From contig JBNZDD010013635.1 in the NCBI GenBank assembly GCA_050575255.1, positions 1,070,910-1,134,909 of the forward strand: a stretch of 64,000 bases of DNA, read 5' to 3'. The translations under genes and the position numbers were made by a program. Of the stretch, positions 1-33,130 are shown piece after piece; positions within the stretch are counted from its first letter, which is position 1; each line of letters starts with the position of its first letter. Source of the stretch: Harriotta raleighana. Taxonomy: Eukaryota. The notes below the pieces were generated by a model, which saw only the letters and a program-made list of their open reading frames with translations, made no database searches and had not been told where the DNA came from.

Positions 1-467
1 ATGATGTCATCCACAGTGGAGCATCTGAATACTATTTTCTACTCTCAGCATATTCTTGCTCCCTGGGGTCTGATTAATGAGTATATTGCATTAAGCGTCA
101 AAGTTGGCTACATCTTGATAATTAGTCAATCGAATATGTGAAGGGGACAAAGTACTTTAAAGTGAGCTAGTAAACCAGCGTATTAATATTCAATACCTAG
201 TTTGCTGCAGAGAGGGCATCTACAGCAGTTTATTTTTATCCTCTACTTGTGGAGGCAGCACTACCTACATACAGTGGCAGTCCCTGTTCAGCTAGGTTTA
301 GAAGCAGAGCTCAAAATGACTTGATGTCCTAAAACCTGATTTGTACTGCACCAAGTATAAATTTACCTTGGAAAGTGCATTGAGTTGACATTAAAAGTGC
401 AGCATAAATGGGAACACAAAAGCCTTCTTACTGCATCACAGTAATATTCCCAAGTCTTACACACCGC

Positions 468-535
468 ATTCAGCAACTTGGGACGTCCTCCTGACGTGAA
501 AGGCGCTATACAAGTGTAATTTTGTTGTTGTTGTT
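468..535 (+). mobile_element. L2 LINE 3' tail with (TTG)n
   Basis: ttgggacgtcctcctgacgtgaaaggcgctata...tgtaattt(tgt)n, shared with copies at 6.4, 19.1, 36.4, 39.3, 40.1, 44.0 and 62.1 kb. Confidence 0.8.
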
Positions 536-1494
536 GCTCAGTAGACACTTATCTAAATTTTGCAAATAAGATTGTGCTTCAAATTTACATCTGCTGAAAG
601 TAACGTTGAGACCACTGAGCTCTCAATAATGTCTCGTTATTATTGGATTCAAATTTAGCTCCTCACAATCAGAAATTTCCCACATGTCAAATTCAGGTCT
701 GCATCACAGATGTGAATTTTAAATCAAGCCACAAATGATGGAGCGGGGAAATGATGAAATGACAAATTCTTCTGTTGCTCTGGCACATGCTCAATCCAAC
801 AGATGGCAGAAACTGTATGGTCAACCTTAAGTTATGTCCATAAGGATCTGCGCTCTATACCCTACAGGAGATATTATTGTGGTCCATTTCTTATGTCCAA
901 CTGCTGTGCTAAATTGTGTTAGTTTTACGATGAGTGCCAGTAACTAATCCTTAATTCTAAAGCTTGTAAAAGTGAAGAGTTATTCACAGATGATTGGCAC
1001 TTCAAACTGTGCTTATAGAATTGACATCCTGATGATGATGGTCATTTGCCACACGTTTAATGTGCTCACTGTGCTGGTCTGTGAGCTGTGTAATGATACA
1101 TCATTGAGTTTTAAATTTCATACCAGTACAATTTAGTTGCATCTGGGCATAATAAAAGCAGAAAGTATTTCTAACCCACAACCACTTCAGTCAACGGCAA
1201 GGCCTGTGGTGCACATTTTCTTCTCTAATATTCTTTTGTTATTACTTAGACAAGGTTTGCATAATAACGTCAATTCAATGGAGGAACCAGCGAGTCTAAA
1301 TGTGAATCTTATGCCAGTTTCGACTGCTATTTTCTCGATCACTTCCAGCAGTGGTTATTTTGGAACGAGTGCCAGGATTTATATTTCTCACTTCTTAATT
1401 GCTGCAAGTAACTAAGTGTATACAGGCATGCATTTAAGAACTAAGTGCATACTCAGTTTCACTCCTTTCTCTTTTCAAATGCTGCCATGTTACC

Positions 1495-1679
1495 TTTAAC
1501 ATCTGAACAGGCAGACAACATCTTGGTTCAGCATCACATCTGAAGGATGGCACTTCTGACAATGCAACACTCCCTCAGAAATGCATTAGAGTATCCGCTT
1601 AGATGACAAATCCCAAAGTGAGATTTGAAGCGAGATTCTTGCAACTCAGAGGTGTGAAGCTACCACTGAGCTAGGCTGA
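1495..1679 (-). mobile_element. Old Deu-domain SINE (SacSINE1/AmnSINE-like) fragment
   Basis: catctgaaggatggcacttctgacaatgcaacactccctcag...ctcagaggtgtgaagctaccactgagc resembles the recalled Deu-SINE head and core; similar copies at 23.6 and 57.4 kb. Confidence 0.65.
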
Positions 1680-2078
1680 TATGTGCCTTTCAGAGTTAAA
1701 TTGCCATGATTTTTTGTTACAGTGATCCAAACTAGATATCTTGTCCTCTTGTTGCACTTGAACCTGGAGAGAGAGCTGTGCCAGTAAAGCAGGATCATTG
1801 AGGAATGGATTGTAAGCGGGGGGGGAAATTTTCTGAATGGAATGTTCTCTTGCATGTAGTCAAACCACTAGGAGCACTATGTGACTACATTGTCCTGTTC
1901 TGCTGATTTGAGTAAGATGGGGGAAACAAAAGAGGCAGAAAATGAGGGGAAATAATTGGTGAGAAAGGTTGAGTTAACGTTGCGATCCAAGATTGCCAGT
2001 TTTACATTAATACATCTAGCTAGATGACAACATTAGCAATGCTAGCAATACATTAAATCAATACATTAAACAACTCTT

Positions 2079-3456
2079 ATAGAATCATAGAAGGTTCCGG
2101 CACAGAAAGAGGCCATTTGGCCCATCGAGTCTGTGTCGGCTCTTTGACAGAGCAATGTCACTTTCCTTAACCCCAATCACCAGCTTTCTCCCCATAACCC
2201 TGCAAACCCATCTTCCCCAGATACCTATCCAGTTCTCTCTTAAAAGCTGCTATCGAATCGGACCTCACTACCCTTTCAGGCAGATCATTCCAAATTCGAA
2301 CAACTCTCTGAGTGAAAAAAAATTGTCTAACCTCTCCTCTGCTTCTTTTGGTAGATATCTTAAGACTGTGACCTCGGGTCACAGACACACCTACCAGCGG
2401 AAACAGCTTTTCCCTATCCAGCCTGTCGAAACCTTTCATGATCTTGAAGACCTATATCAGGTCCCCGCGTAATCTTCTCTGCTCTAATGGGAAAATAAGT
2501 TTTTCCAGCCTGTCCTCATAGTTAAGGTTCCCCATTCCTGGAATCATTCTTGTGAATCGCCTCTGCACCCTTTCCAGTGCCTTAATGTCCTTCCTGNNNN
2601 NNNNNNNNNNNNNNNNNNNNNNNNNNNNNNNNNNNNNNNNNNNNNNNNNNNNNNNNNNNNNNNNNNNNNNNNNNNNNNNNNNNNNNNNNNNNNNNNNNNN
2701 NNNNNNNNNNNNNNNNNNNNNNNNNNNNNNNNNNNNNNNNNNNNNNNNNNNNNNNNNNNNNNNNNNNNNNNNNNNNNNNNNNNNNNNNNNNNNNNNNNNN
2801 NNNNNNNNNNNNNNNNNNNNNNNNNNNNNNNNNNNNNNNNNNNNNNNNNNNNNNNNNNNNNNNNNNNNNNNNNNNNNNNNNNNNNNNNNNNNNNNNNNNN
2901 NNNNNNNNNNNNNNNNNNNNNNNNNNNNNNTGACTGGCCTGTAATTTCCGGGTTTGTCTTTCTGCCCCTTTTTGTAGAGGGGGGTAACATTAGCCACTCT
3001 CCAGTCTCTTGGCCCCGCTCCTGTGTCCAATGAAGATTGAAATATAATGGCCAAAGCCTCCGCTATTTGAACCCATATCTCCCACAGCAACCTTGGGTGA
3101 AACCCATCTGGTCAATTTTGAGCCCAGTCAATCTTTTCAGAACTTCCTCTCTATCAATAGTAATCTAATCTATTTCCTCTACCCTCTTATCCAATACTGC
3201 GGCATTTGGGGCATCCATTTCCGTTGTGAAGACAGATGCAAAGTACTCGTTCAGTACATCAGCCATGCCCTCTGCCTCCACAACAAGATTGCCGATTGTC
3301 TTTGGTTGGCCCCACCCTACCTTCATCTAACCTTTTTTCTTTTATGTGCTTATAAAATATTTTAGGATTCCCCTTTATGTTCCCCGCTAACCTCTTCTCA
3401 TGCGATCTTTTAGCCTGTCTTATCACTCTTTTAAGATCATTCCTGCATTCTCTATA
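2079..3456 (-). mobile_element. 5'-truncated CR1 LINE (ORF2 reverse-transcriptase fragments), spanning an N gap
   Basis: Minus-strand peptides [67 protein letters not shown]; (ttctat) tail; candidate TSD AACTCTT at 2072-2078 and 3457-3463. Confidence 0.93.
2597..2930. other. Assembly gap (334 N)
   Basis: Run of n inside the CR1 copy. Confidence 0.99.
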
Positions 3457-6027
3457 AACTCTTCAAACCCAGACTGCAAGAAGAATTGATGTTATTTCAT
3501 TAGCAATCTTGTACTGAGCTTGACTTTCTTAGAATTTCTACAAAGACTTCTGTGTGGATCAAACAAGTGTCAGTATACAACCAACAGGATAACTAGTGTA
3601 ATTGGTCCCCTTGAAATTTAATTGCACTTCATCGGAAAGTTGTGTCCAAGAAAGCAGCTAAAGATAAGACACTTACAACTATTGATTACTTACATTATAG
3701 TAAATGTGAAATTATGCCTTTTACAATACGTTTATCATAAGTGGATTACATTGACTGATTGTTCAAATGGTCTACGATCAATTAAAAATGAAATGAACAC
3801 AGGATTCCCATTGTATCAAGTGAATGTGCATTTATTAGGTGAAATCAGTTGAGAGTAGCGACCCAGGTTCTGAACATTTTCTGCTAACCCATCCATTAAT
3901 CCCCTTTTCCTGTGCAAGTTTCAGGTTATTTTATTGAGCATGGTAACAAAGATAAGCTCAATCTTATTCCTACAAAACGCCACCCATGGATACTTTCTGT
4001 TAAAGGTCACTGTATAATGATTTGAAGAAAAATATAATCGCTCTTTATCTTGTAAAATTCAACCCATTTTAAATGATTTGCTTGAGGAGTTAGATTTCCA
4101 CTGAAGGAAGAACTGGAAGAAGAAGAAAGAGGTCAAGTCTCTGATGCCCAACATTTCTCCAATTGCTTTCTTGGAAGTATTAACATTCCTTTTGACTAAA
4201 TAGGCTATTGATTCTCAAATCCATTATTCCAAATGGTACTTTTTTTAATCCTGAGTTGTTTTGCCAAAGGCTCGAATAGAAAAGGTTCAGCTGTAGTGGT
4301 GCAGTGAATATCTATTCCAATAAAGAAAACCATAATCACAAGAGACACATGTCCAGCCAATGCTATCCGTCAAATTAACCTTAGCCTCGGTAACACTGGA
4401 GGCCAATCTGGCTACAATATCTGTCACTGATCTCTGAGGTCCATTGAACTGATACAGTTGACTGGTCAGGTATCCACTGCTGGAAACTCACCATCGTGCA
4501 GTTTCAGCAATTGGCAGTGTGAGAGAACAGACAACATGGTACTATACCATAAAATCTTGTCTATAAATCACAATTTCCCAATTGTGTTCATATCCCTTTA
4601 AAATGTATAGGAAGTTTTTTGAATTTACAAAACAATCTTAAATGGTCAAAATATGATTTAAAAATGTTTTTGTTAAATGCTAATTTAAGCAGATAAGCAT
4701 TGTGAAATACAGTGTGTTCTGAAAGGAGAGGTAAATGTAAATGGGACTTATGATTGCAACCAAATTTACAAACTAAAGGTCTCTTAAAGAGACCATTTCT
4801 TAAATATTTCAGTGTGTACCATCCAAAAGGATGTCAGTCCATCTGCCTAATTTTACCTATTGGTTTGAGCAAGAACACAAGCACTCATGCTACCCCTATC
4901 ATTCTGTCTAAATTGGGTGAAAATTCTCAACAATCAGATATTTGGTGCTGCCCTTCATGATGAGTCTCAGTAACTGTGTACATGAAGCACGTGCTTCCAG
5001 AGTATGAATCTAATTTGTACTTTTAACTTATTAAAATTCCGTCTTTTTTCAATAAAAATTTAGTATTCAAAATGGCAAATAGGATAAATGAAATATTACA
5101 AAATAATTTGTGAGTTATTCTGCCTACTATCACTCAGTGGGTTAAATTTCTGCATTCACCATTCCATATGATGCATCCTTGGTACAAACAACATGATTTT
5201 GCTACCATTACACAGCAAATACTGCTCTTTTAAACAGCAATTTGCATGATTTTACATTTGTTGCCTTAAAATATTTATCTGATGGTGATCGAAACCTCAA
5301 ATATTTTGTGCTTTGAAGCTTTTTTTTCCCCACATTCAAACACTTCAGAGCATGGTGGTCGGGGATGGACTGGGGAGGGTGAGAGAACAGGGAACAAACC
5401 CAGAGGAAGATTAATAGGAGTTACAGACGCCAAAATCAGGGACAGATGGAGCAATGTCTGAGCCAGAGAAAAAGTGGATTTGGGCCAGTAATGAAGTTTA
5501 GAAATAGGAAACTCAGTGTTTTCGGCTGACTACAGCCTGCTATCCAAATATTCCAACCTCATTGTCACTGTTCCTTAGGGGCGAGGTCTGGGTTTCTTCA
5601 CAGCCACTATCAATTCTTCCAGGAGGATGCGATTCATGTAGCATCAGTCAGTTCCCATCATCTGAAATGGTGCTGAAATTAACCCCTTTTCATTTCAACA
5701 AACTGCAATTCTTTTTATCTCAATTCATGCACCTGATAATCATTTATTTCCGCTCCCCACTTTCACCAAAAAAGATTTGGCCATGAGCTGGAGTTTGGGG
5801 GGGAGAAAAGGGAGAGAAAAGGGAAAGATTTTTGTTCCTTACATTCTGAAACTTTGGTTGTGTGATTTCTCAATCTTAGCAGCCGCTGATGCAAATTCTG
5901 TATTGTAAATACAATATTCTCCATCTCTCAGGGATGGGCAGAAACCAGATGGCTTTTTGTAGCTCCAGTTGCACCCTCTTATCAGCAAGCTGTGAAGCAG
6001 TGTTGAAAGCATGTTGATGAAGCCCAG

Positions 6028-6422
6028 AATTCTGCCTCGTCTTCACTTTCGAGACCATTCACGGCCTTGTCCCCTCCTATCTCTCCGACCTGCTGACTCC
6101 CTATGAACACACCCTCCCCCTCCCTTCAGAGGGCTCTGGTCTGCTCCATGTACCCCACCCGACCTACCCTACAATCAGTGGATGGGCTTTCACCCTCTCT
6201 GCTTCCGAACTCGGGAATTCCATCCTACAGTCCCTTCGCCTAGGCTTCCTCCCTTGCCTCCTTCAAGGCTGATCTCAAGGACCTCCTCTCAGAGCGTGTC
6301 TTCTGCCACCCTCCCATCTCTCTCCTTCCCCTCCTGTTGCTCGGGTCCTGACCTGACTGTTCAGAGCCTTGGGATGTCCTCCAGACGTGAAAGCGCTCTA
6401 TAAATGTAATTTTGTTGTTGTT
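6028..6422 (+). mobile_element. L2 LINE 3' end (ORF2 C-terminus and tail)
   Basis: Degenerate IHGLVPSYLSDLLTPY-type ORF2 end, pyrimidine-rich 3' UTR, and ...gcgctctataaatgtaattttgttgttgtt tail. Confidence 0.85.
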
Positions 6423-8335
6423 ATTTCCTCCAGTATTTGATATTGATCCAAAATCTAGATAGTGAGTGGCACATTATTGAACTAAGGAATGTATTTCACC
6501 AGCGAGGTATAGCTAATAAAGGAGATCTTTATAACAAATATAATTTTTAATTCAATAGTTATAATGGTACCACATTACTTACATACACACATTAACCCAT
6601 TCAGCCTGCTTAAATGCCATAGATACAAAACATGTCATCTAAAAATGTGTTATTTTCATTTTTCTCTGCTCCAAAACAGAACTAATGTAGCAAAATAATT
6701 TATTTCAATCCAGATCTCATTTGTTAAAACACAATGCCTTACATTTGGTTTCATCTCAAAGCATTTCACACATTCCCTGTAAAGTATGGTGACTGTGTAA
6801 TTTTTGCAGGCAATCATTTAGGTTCCTCCTATCCTCCCACCATTCCCAGTCAGTGCAGGCAAGCAAGGAATCTATTCTAGCCTTCTGTATGTCCACCTCT
6901 CTATCTTGCTTCCAATTCCTGTCTCCCTGAACTGCCCCAGTCAAAAATGAGAACACACTGTGGGCGATCTCACTGAGCAAGGCAGCTATTTATAGATGGT
7001 GACAGTTCTACATCTTTTACGGTTGTGCTGTGAAGTGCAAAGTGTCTAAGGCATGGTAAACTTCTGTTTTTTTATATTAGGATATATCCAGTTTTTTTTT
7101 AAAATGATGGTTTGCATTGAGAATATTAACAGCTCTAAAGGACATGAAACACATAAGGAGCCAGCAACAATGAAATTAGATACATAATTACATATTTTTT
7201 CTGGGTTAATTTAAGCCAGGATGCTTTACTTGATGGCTGACTGGTACCTGAACTATTGGTCCAAACTGCTGAAAGCAGATAAGGGATTAATTGTGTTAAA
7301 TTAATCTCTGGAGTCACATTAATATCCATAAGACTGATCTCACTGTTCTAGCTAAACAACGACCTGGCAAATGTGACCTCATCTCTTGGGATAGGGAAAA
7401 ACTGTGGAAAAGCAGACAGTACTATTAAGATTAAAAATTCAAAAAAGATTACAGCTATTATCGATCATCCACTTCCCTGCACACAACAATGGAAGTTCAT
7501 TTGACCTTTAACTGAGAAATGGAAAGATCAACAAAGAAAGATGAAGTAATTATTATGTTGCCGCACATTTCCTTGTAGACGAGCACCACTGAATTTCATT
7601 TCTTCATGACCCTGAACTCTCTATGCACCCATCACTAAAGGGGACATTTTCGTTTCCTCTTGCAGTCCTTGCTGGGTTTTTTTGAGTGACAGATGACAAG
7701 ACATAATCCAACTGCAATGTGTTCCGAGTACATCAGACCTGCTGTGCACAGCACGTGACAAAGAATCACTGATCGCAAGCTTCCGCGGAGTATAAAAGCG
7801 ATAAGCTCACAGAGTCATTTAGATACTAATTTCGGATGATGTGCCCCTTGGAGAACAGTGGTAGCTCTCAGACCTGAACTACAGGCTTCATTTGTTTAGT
7901 TGCCATTTGGGGAAAAGAAAAATCTCTCACCTGACAAAGTAGAGAGCCTGCCTGAGGTTACTCTTTCTTTTAAAAATAATCAGGTGATATGCAACCTCTA
8001 GATAAATGAATTATCCTGTCGGTGTTGAAAGTATTTCTGCCCAGCTCCCATGTCTGCCTCACATGTGTCTCCATTAAAGGATTTAGTTTTGTAGAGGTCA
8101 AGTTGAGTTTGGATGAGGATTACCAGAAGAAGTACTTGTGAATTGCCTCTCCCTGCATCCACTCTGAGAATCTGTTCTGAGGGCTGCTTAGGATCTGAGC
8201 TGTCGTTGGATGACTTGCTCCACTTGTACAGCAAGCTTTGGTTTAAAGCACCAGCATTTCTCTTTTCCTGATGTGAATGTCTTATTTTGAGCATATAGAG
8301 CAATTATTTTTTCTCTCTAAACGTTTCCTGAAGGA

Positions 8336-8648
8336 TAATAATAATAATAGTAATCCTTGCATTTCATGTGGTGCTTTCCACATCTTCAAGACGTCTCAAA
8401 GCACTTCACAGAATATACTGGAAAGTAAATTGACTTTTTATGCGGGCAAAACGCAGCAGCCAGTTGCACACAGCGGTGTCCCACAAACAGTCGTGGATTG
8501 GAATGACCAATTTATTACTGTTTTTTTGAGAGATTATTATTACGCTTGTGGAATAAGGAAACTTGCCCAAGGTTTCACCCTGCCTGGAATTGAACCCAGG
8601 TCTCTCGCATGTAAGGCGAGTGCTCTCACCACTGAGCTACAGGACTCC
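8336..8648 (-). mobile_element. tRNA-derived SINE (family A, ~300 bp, L2-like tail)
   Basis: Reverse complement begins ggagtcctgtagctcagtggtgagagcactcgccttac (A box), has a gggttcaattcc B box, and ends tgcaaggattactattatt. Confidence 0.9.
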
Positions 8649-9148
8649 ACTGATGAGGGATGTTAGAACATGAAAACAAATAATAAAAACTGTCCATAGC
8701 TGCTGTAGAAAAACAACATTATTTTGACCAATATTTGACAACAGCTACAGGGAAAGTGAAATCTTCCTTTTTATCACAAACAATCTTCAGTGATCTTGTT
8801 GACCTTGTTTAAATATCTACTTATGTCCTTCAAAAAAGTGAATATTCCTTATTAATGAAACTGATTAAGAGGTAACTCAGTTTAATCCATGATATTATAC
8901 CATGATGGTACTAGATTGAAAAAAATCAATTTCTTATCTCATATGAAATCTTTTCCTTCATAATGGCATTAGAAATGTCAGTCCTCAATGGGCCGCTGTT
9001 CTTGCTGGGGTTACAGTTAGTTTGCGGAATCGTAGTTCCCGCCTGGTCTCTCTTTAGTACAGTTGCACTAGATGATATCATCACGCAATGTAAATTTAGT
9101 GGAGTTGAAAGATTGTTTGCCAGTGTCCAGGCTCTAAGCGCTCTGGGA

Positions 9149-9311
9149 CATTACCCTCGTCGAATGCAACTTTATCGTTGCAAATTCAAGTATACGCGAC
9201 GAAACAAAAACATCACATTTTTGTGCAGCGCGCGTAAAACTAAATCCAGCGATTTTGTTGAGTGCTGAGTTTTCCAGGAACATAACCCCCGAGATCGACG
9301 AGGGTTAACTG
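9149..9311. mobile_element. Internally deleted Tc1/mariner-pogo (Tigger-like) MITE
   Basis: TIRs ttaccctcgtcga / tcgacgagggttaactg followed by TA; both ends match the longer copy at 27393-27959. Confidence 0.8.
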
Positions 9312-9573
9312 TAATAGTTGTTATTTTGTCGTTTTCCCTGAGTGCTTGTGGCTCCAGCACAGAATGTACACGCAACTTTGAATGACACCTCAACACTTGT
9401 AAATTGCATTTCATGCTCATGAATTTGTCATTTTATATTCAGGATGGTGCCCAAAACATCAAGAATCGGCAGTAGGCCTATAGGTCTGTCGCAGTTATTA
9501 AACACATTTGGAGGGAAAAATTGGAACGTTTCCTTTCCTGTTGTAGATATGCTCTTTTTTCTCCCCCCCTAAG

Positions 9574-29489
<19,916 letters not shown>

Positions 29490-32400
29490 CAAAATTCCTA
29501 CACCAAATGCTGTAGGTCGACTGGGAGAAATCAGCTGTACACTCCTGCTTCCTTCGTCTGATTAGAAACTCCTTGACAACTGGTTAGGAGAACATCTTTC
29601 CTAAAAAGGTGTAATGTAACAACATTGTGAGCACTTGTACAGCCTACAGCACCATTCAAAACATCAGAATTCTGATTGTGCCACGTCTTAGCTAAATTGT
29701 ACTTTGTAAGCTGTTGTTGCTAATGGGTAAGACTATGGCACAGATTGCTGAGGAAAATAACAGTAGTGGTTTGATTTATCATAGAGGACAGCAGTTTAAA
29801 ATCAGAATTCTTGAACTGCAAATGATTCCTTGCAACAGCTCCCAGTTGAGTTTCCAATCCAATTCATTTTTGCCATTCTATTTTCCTTCAGCATTCTCAG
29901 AAAACTATCAAGATCCTATTTTCAGCTGAAAGTCAATCCGATTACCCCAACAGTTGTGGTAGTGCACGTCAGACATGGATTATAGATGCAAAACCCTCTT
30001 GCTGGCCTGTGCCCACAGAAAGTCCACTCAGAAATGGTTTTCAAATCAACTAGACTGACAAATCTCAAAAAACATCCATTGAGCTTTTATCATTGAACTC
30101 CCGCTGAAGATAGGTGAGGATTGAGCATGAATTGTGTAGTCACTGTTAATGGACTAATGGAGAGATAATTTGGCAATACTTTATTCACGGACGTCTTCCA
30201 TTCAGATTGATTTGCAATTGGTAGATGTAGCCAACTCAACTATTCCACACTTTTAAGCGCAGTTGAGGTGACGGAACTAATTTGAAGTTCATTCTGTGAA
30301 GAAATCTAAATCTGGATCATATCCAAAATATGCACAAATTCGAAACGTGGAGCCAGCTCTGAAGTGAGCCAAATGAGCAGAGCAAGTGGACTCACTCACT
30401 TCTCTGCGGGAGAGCTTTGCTAATTCATGCCATTTCCCTTATTCCCTTGATGGACTGCCCTGGATTGGAAACTCACTGTGTGGTGAATTACAATGTGGGG
30501 TGGGGGCAAGGGAGAGAGAGGAGAAACAAAACTTGCATACTGCTTTAAATCACTGAACCCTTTTCCTGTTCTACATAGCTTTATTCTGCCTTCAAACATT
30601 AAACAGATGAACACTGGCAAGAGCTGCATCAGTAACTTTATACAAATATAATCCTTTTGGTAGCTCAGTGGGACATGGGGATTGCATATGCTGAGCCAGC
30701 AACATAACCTTCAAAACCTGGTTTCAAGCTGAAAAATAAATCTGAAATAGAACCTTGTTTGGTAGCTATTTCCTCACTTGCGTTTTTCACTGCCCTCGGT
30801 TCTAAAGTTGTTGTTTTTTCTTACCTCTTGTGAATGACTGTTAAAATATAGTGTACTAGTTACTTTAGAACTAATTTGTGCAGGTGAAGATTTGTAAAAC
30901 AGAGCGATTTATCTAGATGGTCAATCTGTTTTTATTCCCCAGTAAAGTGAATCTGGTTGGTACAGGAATCAGCTTCAATATGTGAACTGCAAGGGTTCTG
31001 TGTTTTGGATAATTTGAATGAATTTTTTTTAGCATCTAAGAAAACAATATCGTACTTGGGATAGGACTTGAAGTGTTCGATTTAAAAATTGGCCCCAAAT
31101 ACCTGGATGGGCTATTATTTGAAGAGCGTTGCCTTGAGAGTAATGGTAATGCTGCAGAGGACTATCACACTTCCTTGATGATGTCTGCACATTTTGCTCA
31201 ATTCTTACAGTTGAAGGAGAAAGCAGCCAGAGACTGAGAACGCATCTGGGATACATGGAATACCAAGCTTATTTCATACATAAAGCAGTCCTTCATAATT
31301 CAAATTGAGACTTTGTCACTCATCCATTCTGAGGGCTGCCTTGTATAAGGAACTAAAGCAAGTGTATGTGTTTATGCACTTTGGATAATGTGCTGTAAAA
31401 TTCAGTCTGCAGTACATCCAAGCATGAGTCAATCCACAGAAAGAATTCAATTTCTGCTTGGTGTTAGTGTCCACCCAATCATGGTTATTGCTGTAAACCA
31501 TCATAGTCCTGTTCAGTAATGTCTCTGTTTATAGAAAAGTAAAGAAATTTATTGAAAGGAAACTAAATGGTAAAGATAATCTTTGTGTTGCTTTAGTTGT
31601 TTTACTCTCGATTGTATTACAGTGATGTTGTCTGGCTCATTCTAGCAATGAATGTTGAGTCAACTGAGAAAAGATGCATCATGTAACCCCACGACATTGT
31701 GATCATGCCTGGATTGTCAGCGGAGAACACAAAGTGATTCTTTTACAGAATCTTCCAACCAACCAACAGAATGTGACCACAAACCCTGATTGAATTTTAC
31801 TGCAATACACTTAATTACAATTTTAATACTTCGAAAAATTGGTCACTTATTGTAGGGATGGATTTAAAGTGCTTCAGCTATTGTGAACAGCTTAAACGAA
31901 CTTTCAGCACTGGATTCGTTATTTTGGATCCATCTATATAATTGACATTTAAGCAATGAATGGACAGCTATTAAACATAAAAACTCAAACTTTAAAATGA
32001 GTCAATGTGACAGAACAGTAAAACCAAAAGAACACAATCTAATAATTAAAAAGGAACAAGGACACCATTTGTGTTCAGCTGATCTTTCCACACTCTCAAA
32101 TTAGTAAAAAGCAGATGCAGAAAAATGTTTTTTTTCTTGCACACGACCTCAATTCCGGAACATATTCTACAGACAACTTGGGAAATATTAAGGATTTTTA
32201 AAAGACAAAGTGCTAGCATTTTGTAACCGCACCATGATAAATGACTGAAAGGATCAAATTAAAGCAAATATTGTATTATATTGTATAAAGTGTACAGTGT
32301 TACTTACATAAAACTATAGAATGTTTATAATTGTGAATTTTTAAAGGACTAAACTGAAGCAGTTCCATCAGTAAGAGCAGAGTAACAAAACTACTGCAGT

Positions 32401-33130
32401 GCCATAGGAAATGTAAGCAAATACTGTATGCAGGAGAAAAAAATGTAGCATTAATGTTAGGAAAAGGTTAACAACAGTTTTGTGCATTATGAAGAAAAGT
32501 TTTGTTTAATATGCATAAGGCTGTGCCAACAAATTGATTGTAATCTAGGGAACAATTTGCGAGAAAACAAAAATATTACTGAAATGTGCTGGATTCATTT
32601 GTCATCCAGTCAGAAGTGGCAGGTTGCAGGAGTATATGCCAGACATTTTCCTAAAGAAAAACATTGACACTACAATATTGTGATACTGGAACGCAGAATT
32701 CTTTGGTGGAGAGGGAAGCTTGTTGTAGTTTTATAAATTCAGCAATTGAACGTTTGGTAATCTGACGATACAGCATTGTCCTTATCCTGCGTCACTGAGC
32801 TCTGTATGATCAAGTTAACAAAAGGCGTGATTCCCAAAGCATTTGATTGATGGGTAGATGTCTGTAGAACAATAGATTACCAGATACGTTTGTTGGCACA
32901 GTCCTAATATGCTGATGAGCCTGGTTTCAGACCGCGTGCGAGAAATGGACCTTGGCCTTGATGCCAAGTGCGTATTAATTTATGCTTCTTAATTTGTGAG
33001 TTTTGTTCTCAGTTTGCTGAGTGGCCATTTGTTCCTCCATACTGTTCAAAGGAATTTGCTGGTGGTGTATCAGTTTGGTTTTAATTTCTACGTTGCTGTA
33101 ATAAATATGCAGATATTTTTGATTTTTTTT
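29490..33130 (+). other. Probable long 3' UTR of the EphA gene
   Basis: About 3.6 kb lacking the young SINE/L2 copies found on either side; AU-rich distal part; ends near AATAAA followed by a T/GT-rich tract. The end point is inferred. Confidence 0.5.
33100..33105 (+). terminator. Candidate distal polyadenylation signal AATAAA (a proximal AATAAA lies at 30735-30740)
   Basis: AATAAA followed by T-runs and the GT-rich tctctgtttgcttgctctggtgtcc downstream element. Confidence 0.5.

Noticed and set aside
2452-3090. Long ORFs of 212, 148 and 130 aa
   Set aside because: Their length comes from translating through the N gap; the real residues are CR1 ORF2 fragments.
1-9573. Transmembrane or extracellular exon of the Eph receptor (e.g. 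hydrophobic ORFs 1137-1415 and 8963-9268)
   Set aside because: No Eph-like FN3 or TM sequence with compatible splice phase was found, and ORF 8963-9268 runs into a MITE. These exons most likely lie upstream of the window.
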